From assembly GCF_006345805.1 (NCBI RefSeq), contig NW_021826833.1, positions 1-11,929 on the forward strand: a stretch of 11,929 nt of DNA, in the 5' to 3' direction. The translations under genes were made by a program, and so were the position numbers. This document shows, one piece after another, positions 1-9,548 of the stretch (positions are counted from its first letter, which is position 1; each line of letters starts with the position of its first letter). Under the pieces are notes generated by a model. It saw only the letters and a list, made by a program, of their open reading frames with translations, had not been told where the DNA came from and did no database searches. The DNA comes from Octopus sinensis. Its lineage: Eukaryota.

Positions 1-104
1 ATCGCGGTTTTCTGCGGCCGATAGGTATTCATGTTTTTTTAGATTCTAATTATTTCTGTGGGAAGTTTTGGAACGTAATACCCGCGATAGTCGTGGGGTT
101 ACTG
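1..104. mobile_element. Probable right end of a pogo/Tigger-like (Tc1/mariner superfamily) DNA transposon or MITE continuing left of the window
   Basis: Reverse complement of 82-104 reads CAGTAACCCCACGACTATCGCGG, a CAGT-start terminus like pogo/Tigger TIRs, flanked by TA at 105-106. The partner TIR is not in the window. Confidence 0.45.
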
Positions 105-471
105 TATACGTTTATTCTCAAGCTAAGTCGATCTGTAAGTAATAGCCAGCAGGTATTTTTGTTAGGGTGGTAAACGTTGTGTATTGTGAGCCTCTTCCTA
201 GTTCTTCTGTCTAATTTTCGTAGTTCTACCGTTAGAAAAGGAACCGAATATCTTTATATTAGCATCGCCCATGTATTTATTGCTTTAATAATTTCCCTCC
301 ATTTAATTCTGTTTCGAGCACCTTCCCAATTTTCCTCTTGTACTCCTTGGATTTTTTTCTCTCTATCTTTTCTCCTTCGATTACCCTATCGTTCTACAGC
401 ACCACCCTCACCCCCAGGTGCTTGTAACCTTCATTATTTTTCAGTGATCTAATGATATTATCTTGTAGTTT

Positions 472-593
472 TATTATTGTTATTGTTGTTGTTTTGTTTG
501 TTGTGGTGGTGGTGGTGGTGGTGGTGGTGCTGCTGCTGCTGCTCCTGTTATTGCTGTTATTTGTGTGTGTGTGTGTATGTGTTGTGTGTGTGT

Positions 594-645
<52 letters not shown>

Positions 646-648
646 GTA
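472..648. repeat. Compound microsatellite (TGT/GGT/GCT)n followed by (GT)n
   Basis: Directly visible tandem tri- and dinucleotide runs. Confidence 0.95.
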
Positions 649-689
649 TAAAATGGGTACGTAAAACTCGTAGAGAAATATGTGATGTA

Positions 690-1345
690 TGAAGGGAGAC
701 AGAAACCGCAGGGAGAAATAAGTAGATAGTAAAGAGAGAGAGAGAAATAGATGCGCGATTGATAGAGATGGTAAGAGATTGTATGGAAGAAAAATGGAAT
801 AGTTTGAGGGGAGAGAACGAGGGGATGGGATCGTATGAGACTAGAGGAGATGTAACTAAGATGCAGAGAGAGAAAGACAGAGGCGAGAGAGAGAGAGAGA
901 GAGAGAGAGAGTATGTAAGAAGACAATCGGGAAGTTAAAAAGATGCATGCAAGGTAATAGTGGTAGGAGATAGTGAGAGGGGTAAGAATAGAGAAAGAGA
1001 AAGAAGAGAGAAGTTAAGAAAAAGAGAGAGGTGGACTTAGTGTGTGGGAGATAAAGTGAGAGAAGAACAAACTAGAAAAGTGATGCTGAAAGGTGAATTA
1101 GAGACACTAGGTAGGGGATAAAAAGGAAAAGACAGGAAGGGAAGAGAAGAGCAGATTAGAGACAGAGAGACATAGAGAGAGTGAGAGAGAGAGAGAAAGA
1201 GAGAGAAAGAGATAGATAGACAGAGATAGAGATAGAAGGAGAGTTGAGAGCTGGGGATAGAAGGCGAATAGAAAGAGAGAGGAATTTGAAGAATTAATAA
1301 GTAAGTGAGATAATGTGTTGAGCGCGTAAAAGTGAAGGATGAGGA
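690..1345. repeat. Degenerate polypurine (GA-rich) low-complexity tract containing (GA)n runs
   Basis: Strongly purine-biased + strand with (GA)n runs near 880-910 and 1165-1235. Confidence 0.85.
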
Positions 1346-1503
1346 TATTACAAGATGGAAGGTGGAGGGGAATAATGTAATTTCGTTGAAGGAGAATGCC
1401 ATAAAGGATTATGGGTAAAATGCATTTTAATCCTGTTGTCAGCGAAAGCCTTGGAGAGTGCTGTGTCAAAAGGTTTAAATTCTTTACAGGCCTAAGAGAG
1501 CCG

Positions 1504-1885
1504 GTTGGTGGTGGTGGTGGTGGTGGTGGTGGTGGTGGTGGTGGTATGGTGGTGATGGTGGTGGTGATGGTGGTGGTGGTGGTTTTTGGTGGTGGTGGTG
1601 GTGGTGGTGGTGGTGGTATGGTGGTGGTGGTGATGGTGGTGGAGGTGGCGGCCGGCGGCGGCGGTGGTGGTGGTGGTGGTGGTGGTGGCGTTTGATGGTG
1701 GTGGTGGTGGTGGCGGTGATGGGGATGGTGGTGGTGGTGTGGTGTGGTTGGTGGTGATGGTGGTGGTTGTGGTGGCGGTGATGGTGATGGTGACGGTGGT
1801 GGTGGTGTGGTGTGGTGGTGGTGGTGTGGTGGTGGTGAGGTGGAAGTTGGTTGGTTGGTTGGTTGGTTGTAAAGGTGGTGGACGA
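1504..1885. repeat. Long imperfect (GGT)n microsatellite ending in (GGTT)n
   Basis: Directly visible. It produces the poly-G, poly-V and poly-P ORFs in the track. Confidence 0.95.
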
Positions 1886-2037
1886 GAGAGTAAGGTGGAT
1901 AGAGGGGAGAAGGGAGAGTGTGAGATTTAGGATGTGAGGCAGTGAACGATTGAAAGGGATGAGGAGAGGGAAAAGGTGACGGGAATATTATTAAATTCTC
2001 TGTAGATAATGATTGGTTCTTTGCTTCATTGAACTGA

Positions 2038-2145
2038 AAGAGAGAGAGAGAAAGTGTGGGGTGGAGTGTGTGTGCATGCGCGCGTATGTGTGTGTGAGAG
2101 TGTGCTTGTGCGTGTGTGTATGTGTGTGTGTGTGTGTATGTGTGA
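2038..2145. repeat. (GA)n/(GT)n microsatellite
   Basis: Directly visible. Confidence 0.9.
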
Positions 2146-2225
2146 AGGAAGGCCCAATCAATAAATGAACAGATTGTCTGACGAGTCAACAGTTCGTATC
2201 CTGGCACTGTTCCTGCTTTGTATTC

Positions 2226-2275
2226 ATAATGACAATAATAATAATAATGATAATGATAATAATAATAATAATACC

Positions 2276-2307
<32 letters not shown>

Positions 2308-2320
2308 TGATGATGATGTG

Positions 2321-2360
<40 letters not shown>

Positions 2361-2395
2361 AATAATAATAATAATGATGATGATGATGGATGATG

Positions 2396-2435
<40 letters not shown>

Positions 2436-2607
2436 TAATAATAATAATAATAATAAGTAGAAGAAGAAGAACAAGAAGACGAACAACAACAACAGCAACA
2501 ACAACAACAACAACAACAACAACAACGACAACAGCAACAATAATGATTTTTTGTCCGCTCTCACAGAATTAACCAGAGCAAGTAAGACTGACAGCTCTGA
2601 GCAGTAA

Positions 2608-2706
<99 letters not shown>
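2226..2706. repeat. Compound trinucleotide array (AAT)n/(GAT)n/(AAG)n/(AAC)n with a short unique spacer at ~2545-2607
   Basis: Directly visible. Confidence 0.95.
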
Positions 2707-3365
2707 AAAGACGAAATGAAGGAAAACAATTTCGTTAATAAGGCCGAATCTAGGATTTTACGCTCAGAAAGATGAACGCCTGTATTTTATGGTCTCCATA
2801 AAATATACAAAAAGTTCGGAAGATTTCCTCCAATAAACCCAATTTGCAGCGGATATGAATGTTGCACGGCCAAAATTTCGGAATGGCTGGATGGCTTTCT
2901 ACTCCCCGTCGCAAAAACCATCAAGTTCCTATATTCCAGATACCTTTGATTTTGTAACAAAAATCAACAACTTTTTTAAACACCGAGACCGTGTCGAGAA
3001 CTGTTTTTTGGTAACCATGGATGTTTCTTCTTTATATCCTAATACTGACCCCAATGAAGGAGTAGAACCATACATGGATGCCTTCGAAAAGCGGTCAGAC
3101 AAAAGTATTCCATAATATTTTCTCTTTAGATTATTGAGGTTACCACCAGACGAGGAGTTGCGCCAGGGGTACCCCCATGGCAGTTGATTTCGCTAATGTC
3201 TTCATGACGAAATTCGAGACACAGTTACTAAAGACATTCAAATCCCTTCATGGTCATGAACCAATACTCTGGTTACGGTTCCTTGACGACGTATTTTTTG
3301 TCTGGGATGGATCACAAGATAGTTTAATGGACTTCTTGCATTTCTGTGACTGTTATGCTAAAAAC
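2707..3365 (+). pseudogene. PLE reverse transcriptase, N-terminal part through the catalytic FLDD motif (disrupted)
   Basis: In-frame TGA at 2773-2775, a frameshift near 2920, a stop at 3113-3115 and an apparent deletion before YHQTRSCARGTPM. Motif A (TMDVSSLYPN), B' (GTPM) and C (FLDD) are recognisable. Confidence 0.88.
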
Positions 3366-3936
3366 TATGGCGCTGCCAACAAAGCACACAGAATTCTGTT
3401 CTTGATTCGACGGTCATTCGGAATGCTCACAGCAGCCATATTCCTACCACTCTATGTCACGCTGGTGAGACCCATATTGGAATACGGGATTCAAGCCTCT
3501 TCTCCTTATCTCCTCAAAGACATACAGCATCTCGAAAGAGTCCAGAAGCTGGCTACCCGCATGGTTCATGGTCTCAAAAATTTGTCCTATGAAGAAAGGC
3601 TGAGGACGCTCGACCTTTATTCTCTAGAAAAACGCCGCCGCCGTGGTGATCCCATTCTCGCCCACAACATCATAAGCGGAAAGTGTAACCTCTCGAAAGA
3701 GCTGTTCTTCACTCCTGCTCCAGAGCGTTGGCTGCGGGGTCATTCCGAAAAGCTCTACCTGCGACGATTTCATCTCAATCGAAGGAGAGGAGCTTTCTCC
3801 GTCCGGGTTGCGGATCCGTGGAACAAGTGGCCTGAACTCTTTACATGAATACCACCCTGTACTTAACTCCATGTCCCCCTACATGGCCTTGCTATTTGCT
3901 TTTGAGCCAAATTAACTAACTAACTAACTAACTAAC
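3366..3936 (+). mobile_element. 5'-truncated CR1/L2-group LINE 3' fragment (post-RT thumb region, 3' UTR and (TAAC)6 tail) nested in the PLE
   Basis: Translation LYVTLVRPILEYG..SPYLLKDIQHLERVQKLATRMV.GLKNLSYEERL..LDLYSLEKRR.RGD...RGHSEKL...FSVRV...WN is typical of CR1-group C-termini. The tail is TAAC x6 at 3913-3936. Removing 3366-3936 restores PLE ...CYAKN|IKFTSSFS. Confidence 0.9.
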
Positions 3937-5087
3937 ATAAAATTTACGTCTAGTTTTTCAAAAACTAGCGTTGAATTTTTGGACACAAAAGTCAAGTTTT
4001 CTGGAAACAGAATAGTAAGAGAGTTATTTTGCAATCCCACGTCATCCCACATTTATCTCCCCCATCGCTCCGATCATCTACATCATCTTATTCGGTCAAA
4101 TCCGAAATCCCAATTTTTGATGTAAAACGGATTTCTACTGTCATAGGGGATTATTGGAAACAGGAAAATGCTTTTATATATCATTATGTCAAACGCGGTT
4201 ACTTTGAATCACGATTAAAGGGAATAGCAAATGAAATAGCGAAGATTAGTCAAACCTTCACGCATAATTTTAGCAAACACAATACAATAGATGACAGAAT
4301 TCCTTTAGTCATTAACTGGCACCGACATTTCGCTGGCATTTCAAAAGTGTTGTATGAATGTTACCAGCATGTGGCGAAAAAATATTCTCGTTTCAAACAG
4401 ATATTTCCTGATACGCCTATTGTAGTCTTTATACGGAATAAGAAAATAAGAGAATTATTGACCTCTATATCTGACTCCAAGAAAACGAACATTGGAGTAT
4501 CTGCACGCTGTACCTTGAAGAACAGCTGCAAGAGAGGTAAGCCCTATTCATTGTGCAAGAACATGAGTGAAGTGAATTCCATCAGGAATCATAACAGAAA
4601 TGATATGATTTATACAGAAGGTGGGACATGTAGAGATTCCCATTTGGTGTACGCTGCAGAATGCACCAAACACAATTTGATTTATGTTGGTTGTACAACA
4701 GAACAATTAAATAAAAGGTTTAATGGACACAGATTCGACGTCAGGCACAATAACAGCAGTTCGACAGAACTTGCTGAACATTTCGTTTCAAGCGGCTGCA
4801 ATTTTGAAGAAGACTTGAAAGTGCATATTCTCAGAAAATATTCCGAATCTGCTTCACTTTCACTTCTCAGAATGTATGAGGAGAAATATGTTTGCGGGTT
4901 ATTAATATCACGCCCTGGAGGAATGAATAAGATGACAGGAGAATATCATCAAATTTATACAAAACTGTTTGATAAAATAGTCTTCTTTTTCTCTTTTATC
5001 TTTACTCTTTCTGTCGTCTTCTTTTTTATGTCTTTTTCTGGGTTTTTTTTCTTTTCGTCTGTTATAAAATTGGAACTTAAAGACTGA
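3937..5087 (+). pseudogene. PLE RT C-terminus, linker and GIY-YIG endonuclease (one frameshift near 4120)
   Basis: The frame starting at 3937 gives IKFTSSFSKTSVEFLDTKV..SQFLM*. The frame of ORF 4029-5087 is PLE-like only from VKRIST (4122). GIY-YIG signature CRDSHLVYAAEC..IYVGCT..LNKRFNGH (VY 4647-4652, YVG 4683-4691), then LAEHF, E and GGMN motifs. Confidence 0.9.
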
Positions 5088-5179
5088 TGGTGTCATTCCA
5101 TCAACGTGTGGACGCTGGTTGCTCTCGTTCATACTTTACATCTAAATTTCTATAATTTTGAATTTTTTCACTTCTTATT

Positions 5180-5222
5180 TTGAACTTGACAAAGACAGAC
5201 TTACTGTTGAAATATCGTTCAA
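5180..5222 (+). ncRNA. Minimal type I hammerhead ribozyme fold (U3-A8 variant) in the PLE 3' terminal region
   Basis: Stem I TTGAAC (5180-5185)/GTTCAA (5217-5222); core TTGACAA (5186-5192); extra A; stem II GACAG-ACTTA-CTGTT (5194-5208); GAAA (5209-5212); palindromic ATAT stem III (5212-5215); predicted cleavage after AUC at C5216. Confidence 0.8.
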
Positions 5223-5305
5223 CCAATAAAATATCTATTACAATCGAATCGCGCTCTTCGACTTAACTGTTTGCTTTGTGGAGAGTTACGCCAATCTTTT
5301 TTTTA

Positions 5306-5367
<62 letters not shown>

Positions 5368-5380
5368 CAATAATAATAAT
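5306..5380. repeat. (AAT)n microsatellite
   Basis: Directly visible. Confidence 0.97.
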
Positions 5381-5822
5381 AAACAGATCAGGTGTTAGAG
5401 CATAAGAAACCGGACCTCGTGGTGGTGGACAAGGTACACTACATGTGCTATATAGTTGATGTTGCATGCCTCTTGGATCTACGAAAAGTCAAGAGAGAAG
5501 GCTAAAATCAAAGCTATATACAATCCTGTTAAATACGAAATAACCCGGCTATGGAAAATGAAGAAGGTGAAGATAGTGTCAATTATCTTTTGGTCCTTGG
5601 GGACAGTATAAGAAGGCACAAAGGGGAATATAAAGGAAACTGGAATAGAGTGCCTAGTAGAACTGTTACAAAAGGTTCGCCTCCTTGGTACACTACATGG
5701 TTAGAATCATCAGTAAAAGTATTAGATAGCTGAAAAGAACAGGTAGCATGGTACCGTAGGCTGCAGGCAGAAAGCCCGTTATGCATGCATGACTCTAAGA
5801 GTTCCAATAAAACATGAGTTAA
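5381..5822 (+). mobile_element. RLE-type (R4/Dong-like) non-LTR retrotransposon 3' fragment, copy A
   Basis: TDQVLEHKKPDLVVVDK..CYIVDVAC (PD-(D/E)xK-type nuclease core), then in another frame KYEITRLWKMKKVKIV..SLGTV..VELLQKVRLLGT. A 3' UTR runs into (AAC)n(AAT)n. Confidence 0.85.
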
Positions 5823-6160
<338 letters not shown>

Positions 6161-6178
6161 AATAATAATAATAATAAT

Positions 6179-6576
6179 CACCAGACCCGAAGATTGGCCA
6201 TACTAGTGAAGCAAAAAGATCAGTTGTGATCATAGAGGACAAAATAAACCAACAGTGTAAGATTATAGATTTTTGCAATTCCCTGGTAGGTGAGTCGATA
6301 CCAAAGAGATTGAAAAAAATGTCAAAATATCAGAATCTAGCCAGAAAGATGAGGAGACAACAATTGTTCCTGTGGTAATTGTTTCACTTGGCACAACACT
6401 CAAAATGCTACTTAAGAGACCGAAAGAGATTGGAATTGAAAGTTGCAATTTCGACTTGGAAAAAAGTATCATCCTATGTTCTGCAACAATCCTAAAAAAA
6501 GATGCTTGAGATTAGAGGAAACTTGTCACTAAACATCAAGATAAAATAGTTGCTAACGAAATTAGCAAGTACTAGC
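6179..6576 (+). mobile_element. RLE-type (R4/Dong-like) LINE 3' fragment, copy C (heavily frameshifted)
   Basis: Pieces VVIIEDKINQQCKIIDF / VDTKEIEK / SKYQNLARK / TIVPVVIVSLGTT..KEIGIE..DLEKSIILCSATILKK. Bounded by (AAT)n at 6161-6178 and 6577-6589. Confidence 0.8.
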
Positions 6577-6603
6577 ATAATAATAATAAGAAGAAAGAAA
6601 TAT

Positions 6604-6856
6604 ATAAATGCAGTCTTTTAAAGCCTAGCCAGGCTCATGGGCCCGGTTTCCCGGTTTCTATGACGTATGTGTTCATCAGCTGGACGGAACGCCAGTCCAT
6701 CGAAGCGTAACTCATTTTTGCTAGCTGGGTGGACTGGAGCAACGTGAAATGAAGTGTTTTGCTCAAGAATACAACTCGTCGCCCGGTCCAGGAATCGAAA
6801 CCACAATCTTACGATCATGATGCTGACACCCTAATCACTAAGCCACGTGCCTCCAC
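6604..6856 (-). mobile_element. tRNA-derived SINE with a CORE-like segment
   Basis: Minus strand: A-box TGGCTTAGTGATT (6845-6833), B-box GTTTCGATTCC (6801-6791), then TTCTTGAGCAAAACACTT. The first ~145 bp align to the SINE at 10416-10560. Confidence 0.88.
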
Positions 6857-7210
<354 letters not shown>

Positions 7211-7395
7211 ATAAACTAATAAAATAATAATAATAATATAATAATAATAATAATAATAATAATAAGAAATAATAATAATAATAATAATAATATAAGAAGA
7301 GAAGAAGAAGAAGAAGAAAAAGAAGAAGAAGAAGAAGAAAAGAAACGAAGAAGAGAAGAAGAAGAAGAAGAAGAAGAAGAAGAAGAAAAGAAAAA
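7211..7395. repeat. (AAT)n followed by (AAG)n microsatellite
   Basis: Directly visible. Confidence 0.95.
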
Positions 7396-7983
7396 TATTC
7401 TTTCTGGACAATATTATCATAGCCACTACCCACTAGTCCAGAAGGAATATAATAAACGCCACGACAATATAGCCAGGCTTGTCCATTGGACATTCTGCAA
7501 CAAGTATGGACTTGACAGAGCAAAATAGAAATGCAAAGATCGTATGAAATTTCATGATTCAGTGCGACCAGGAAATAGAAAATAGGAAGCCTGATATAGT
7601 CTTAGTAGAGAAAGAAAACAAACTATACTAGACCATAGATATAGCATGTCCAGCTGACAACAAGGTATGATATAAGGAAGAAAGAAAAGTCAAGAGATAT
7701 GACAGGTTAGCTTGGGAAGTTAAGCAGTTGTGGTCGATGAAAAAGGTAGCAGTAGTGCCAATGACTGTCGGGGCCCTGGGAACAGTGAGCAAATGTCTCG
7801 ACAAGTAAGTGCAACAAATAGGGGCTGCAATAAGGGTGGAGCAGTTGCAGAAAACAGCACTGCTTGGAACCGCTCGAACACTCCGGAAGGTGCTCGAAAA
7901 ATAAGATGTGTTACCTTAGTTCACTGGTTGTGAACAGCTGACACTGTAGTACATCTCCAGCGTTAGAAACTGTGCAAAGGCAA
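7396..7983 (+). mobile_element. RLE-type (R4/Dong-like) LINE 3' fragment, copy E (zinc-knuckle remnant plus complete RLE domain)
   Basis: EYNKRHDNIARLVHW..CNKYG (from 7445). One frame from 7587 to 7904 gives KPDIVLVEKENK..IDIACPAD..E..K..RYDRLAWEVKQLW..VVPMTVGALGTV..EQLQKTALLGTARTLRKVLEK* with three internal stops. The 3' UTR ends in (AAT)n at 7984-7996. Confidence 0.9.
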
Positions 7984-8237
7984 CAATAATAATAATGTTC
8001 CCTTTAATCTATTTTAAATTGGCTCTCAAATATTTTTCTTGTTTTTCTTTGTTATATTCTTAGAGCCAATCAGTGGACGCTATTGTATTTTAAAATAGAT
8101 TTTTTTTTTTTCTTTTGCATGTAATTTTAAGAAAATTTTGTTTCATTTTCATAATCGTCCAAATTTCGGAAATGAGAAACACAGAGTAAGGATTTTTGAA
8201 GAATCAGCGACCAATAAATGATTATACCAATTACTCT

Positions 8238-8266
8238 TTTCCTTTCCTCCTCCCACCATCTCTCTC

Positions 8267-8300
<34 letters not shown>

Positions 8301-8345
8301 ACTCACTCTCTCTCTCTCTCTCTCTCTTTCTCTATCTCTCTCCCT
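8238..8345. repeat. (TC)n microsatellite
   Basis: Directly visible. Confidence 0.95.
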
Positions 8346-8399
8346 TGTTTCTATGAACGCGTATAGATTTCTGTATTTATAATTGGATATGAGTGTTGG

Positions 8400-8476
8400 A
8401 TATATATATGGAAGCGTGCGTGCGTGCGTGTGTATCTGTGTGTGTATGCGTGTATGCATGTGTGTGTGTGTGCATA

Positions 8477-8508
<32 letters not shown>

Positions 8509-8510
8509 CG
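8400..8510. repeat. (GCGT)n/(GT)n microsatellite
   Basis: Directly visible. Confidence 0.93.
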
Positions 8511-8747
8511 TCAATGAATGGTGTAGTGTATGAAGCAAGGCAAACCTTTTATCGCAACACAAGCGGAAGCGTGGTTGTGTTGTGACAAATATAAACATAT
8601 CTTTTTCCTTTATCTCCGTAGACATGAAAAAAATTATCATACATCCATCCAACTAGTTTCAAAACTCGTTTATTCCCATCAGAGATAGAATATCATTTGA
8701 TCTATTCACTGAAACAAATATAGATAATAACTATAACTATAACTATT

Positions 8748-8848
8748 ACATATATATATATAATATATAGATATATATATATATATATATATTATACATG
8801 CATACATATAATTATATATATGTGTTTATATATGTATGTGTATGTATA

Positions 8849-8908
<60 letters not shown>

Positions 8909-9036
8909 ATATATAAATATATTATATATATAATATATATATATATATTATATATATATATATATATATAATATAAATATATATATAATACATATATAAT
9001 CACACACATACACATACACACGCACACATACACATT
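8748..9036. repeat. Long imperfect (TA)n followed by (CA)n
   Basis: Directly visible. Confidence 0.95.
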
Positions 9037-9095
9037 CACTAATGTAGTGATTTTTGCTTAATAGATTTTGTTCCTGGAACAAATTTTGCTATATA

Positions 9096-9254
9096 GGCGC
9101 AGGCGTGGCTCTGTGGTAAGACGTTCCTTTCCCAAGCACATGGCTTCTGGATAAGTCCCACTGTGCGACACCTTGGGCAAGTGTCATGCACTATAGCCCC
9201 CGGCGACTAAACTCATGTGAGTGGATTTGTAGGCAGAAACTGAAAGCCTACCGC
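9096..9254 (+). mobile_element. tRNA-derived SINE head (octopus OK-like), followed by microsatellite
   Basis: GGCGCAGGCGTGGCTCTGTGGTAAG A-box region, degenerate B-box (9149-9159) and CORE-like CACCTTGGGCAAGTG. Aligns to 11784-11883. The family name is recalled, not searched. Confidence 0.8.
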
Positions 9255-9331
9255 ACATACATACATGCATACATACATACATACATACATACATACATAC
9301 ATACATACATACATACATACATACATACATA
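9255..9331. repeat. (CATA)n microsatellite
   Basis: Directly visible. Confidence 0.97.
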
Positions 9332-9548
9332 CGAGGGATGATGAAAAGTTCCTGACTTTGGGTAAAAGAAAATACAGGATGAGCCGTTAATTATGATTTT
9401 ATCCAACATATTCCTCTCTCTAAGATTCACACACTTATTGCAGAGGTCCTGCAGTTTTTCTAAGTCTTGTAAAAGAATTTGGAAGATTGAACCTCCAACC
9501 AGGCCTTTCGTGACACCATTAAATCCAGGAACTTTTCAGCACCCCTCG
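9332..9548. mobile_element. 217-bp mariner-type MITE with TA target duplication
   Basis: TIRs CGAGGGATGATGAAAAGTTCCTG (9332-9354) and CAGGAACTTTTCAGCACCCCTCG (9526-9548) match at 21/23 as reverse complements. TA lies at 9330-9331 and 9549-9550. No transposase ORF. Confidence 0.92.

Larger units (their letters stand above)
2707..5300 (+). mobile_element. Penelope-like element (PLE, RT followed by GIY-YIG endonuclease), 5'-truncated, decayed and interrupted by a LINE fragment
   Basis: Motifs occur in PLE order across frames: TPVFYGLHKIYK..PINPICSG..KISEWLD (from 2776; cf. FYGLPKIHK..PLRPIVS); SYIPDTFDF..FLVTMDVSSLYPN; GTPMAVDFANVFM; WLRFLDDVFFVW; after the insert IKFT..VEFLD..LFCNPTSSHIYL..H....SNPKSQFL; VKRIS..KRGY; RIPLV..IFP..P.V.F.R.K; VY...YVG. 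A T-rich 3' region, a hammerhead and AATAAA (5225-5230) follow. Confidence 0.93.

Noticed and set aside
177-926. ORFs 177-452, 452-664, 477-692 and 480-926
   Set aside because: Low-complexity or repeat-derived, with no recognisable protein signature.
2178-2187. CTGACGAGTC resembling a hammerhead 5' core
   Set aside because: No downstream GAC-GAAA to close stem II and no stem I partner, so the fold cannot be completed.
1107-2729. 540-aa minus-strand ORF and overlapping poly-G/V/P/L/N ORFs
   Set aside because: Homopolymeric translations of stop-free trinucleotide microsatellites with no domain motifs.
3913-3936. (TAAC)6 as telomeric repeat
   Set aside because: It is not TTAGGG-type and sits exactly at the LINE fragment's 3' end, so it is the LINE tail.
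4029-4121. N-terminus of the 352-aa ORF as a real start
   Set aside because: PLE homology here lies in another frame (PTSSHIYL..SQFL). The ORF becomes meaningful only at 4122 after a frameshift.
5085-5103. TGATGG-TGTCATT-CCATCA hairpin beginning with CTGATGG, possibly another hammerhead
   Set aside because: Lacks the GA of CUGANGA and a following GAAA. A 6-bp hairpin alone is not significant.
8598-8690. Strong-looking + strand splice acceptor (polypyrimidine tract, TAG at 8619-8621)
   Set aside because: All three downstream frames stop within about 22 codons and no donor is evident, so an exon is not supportable.
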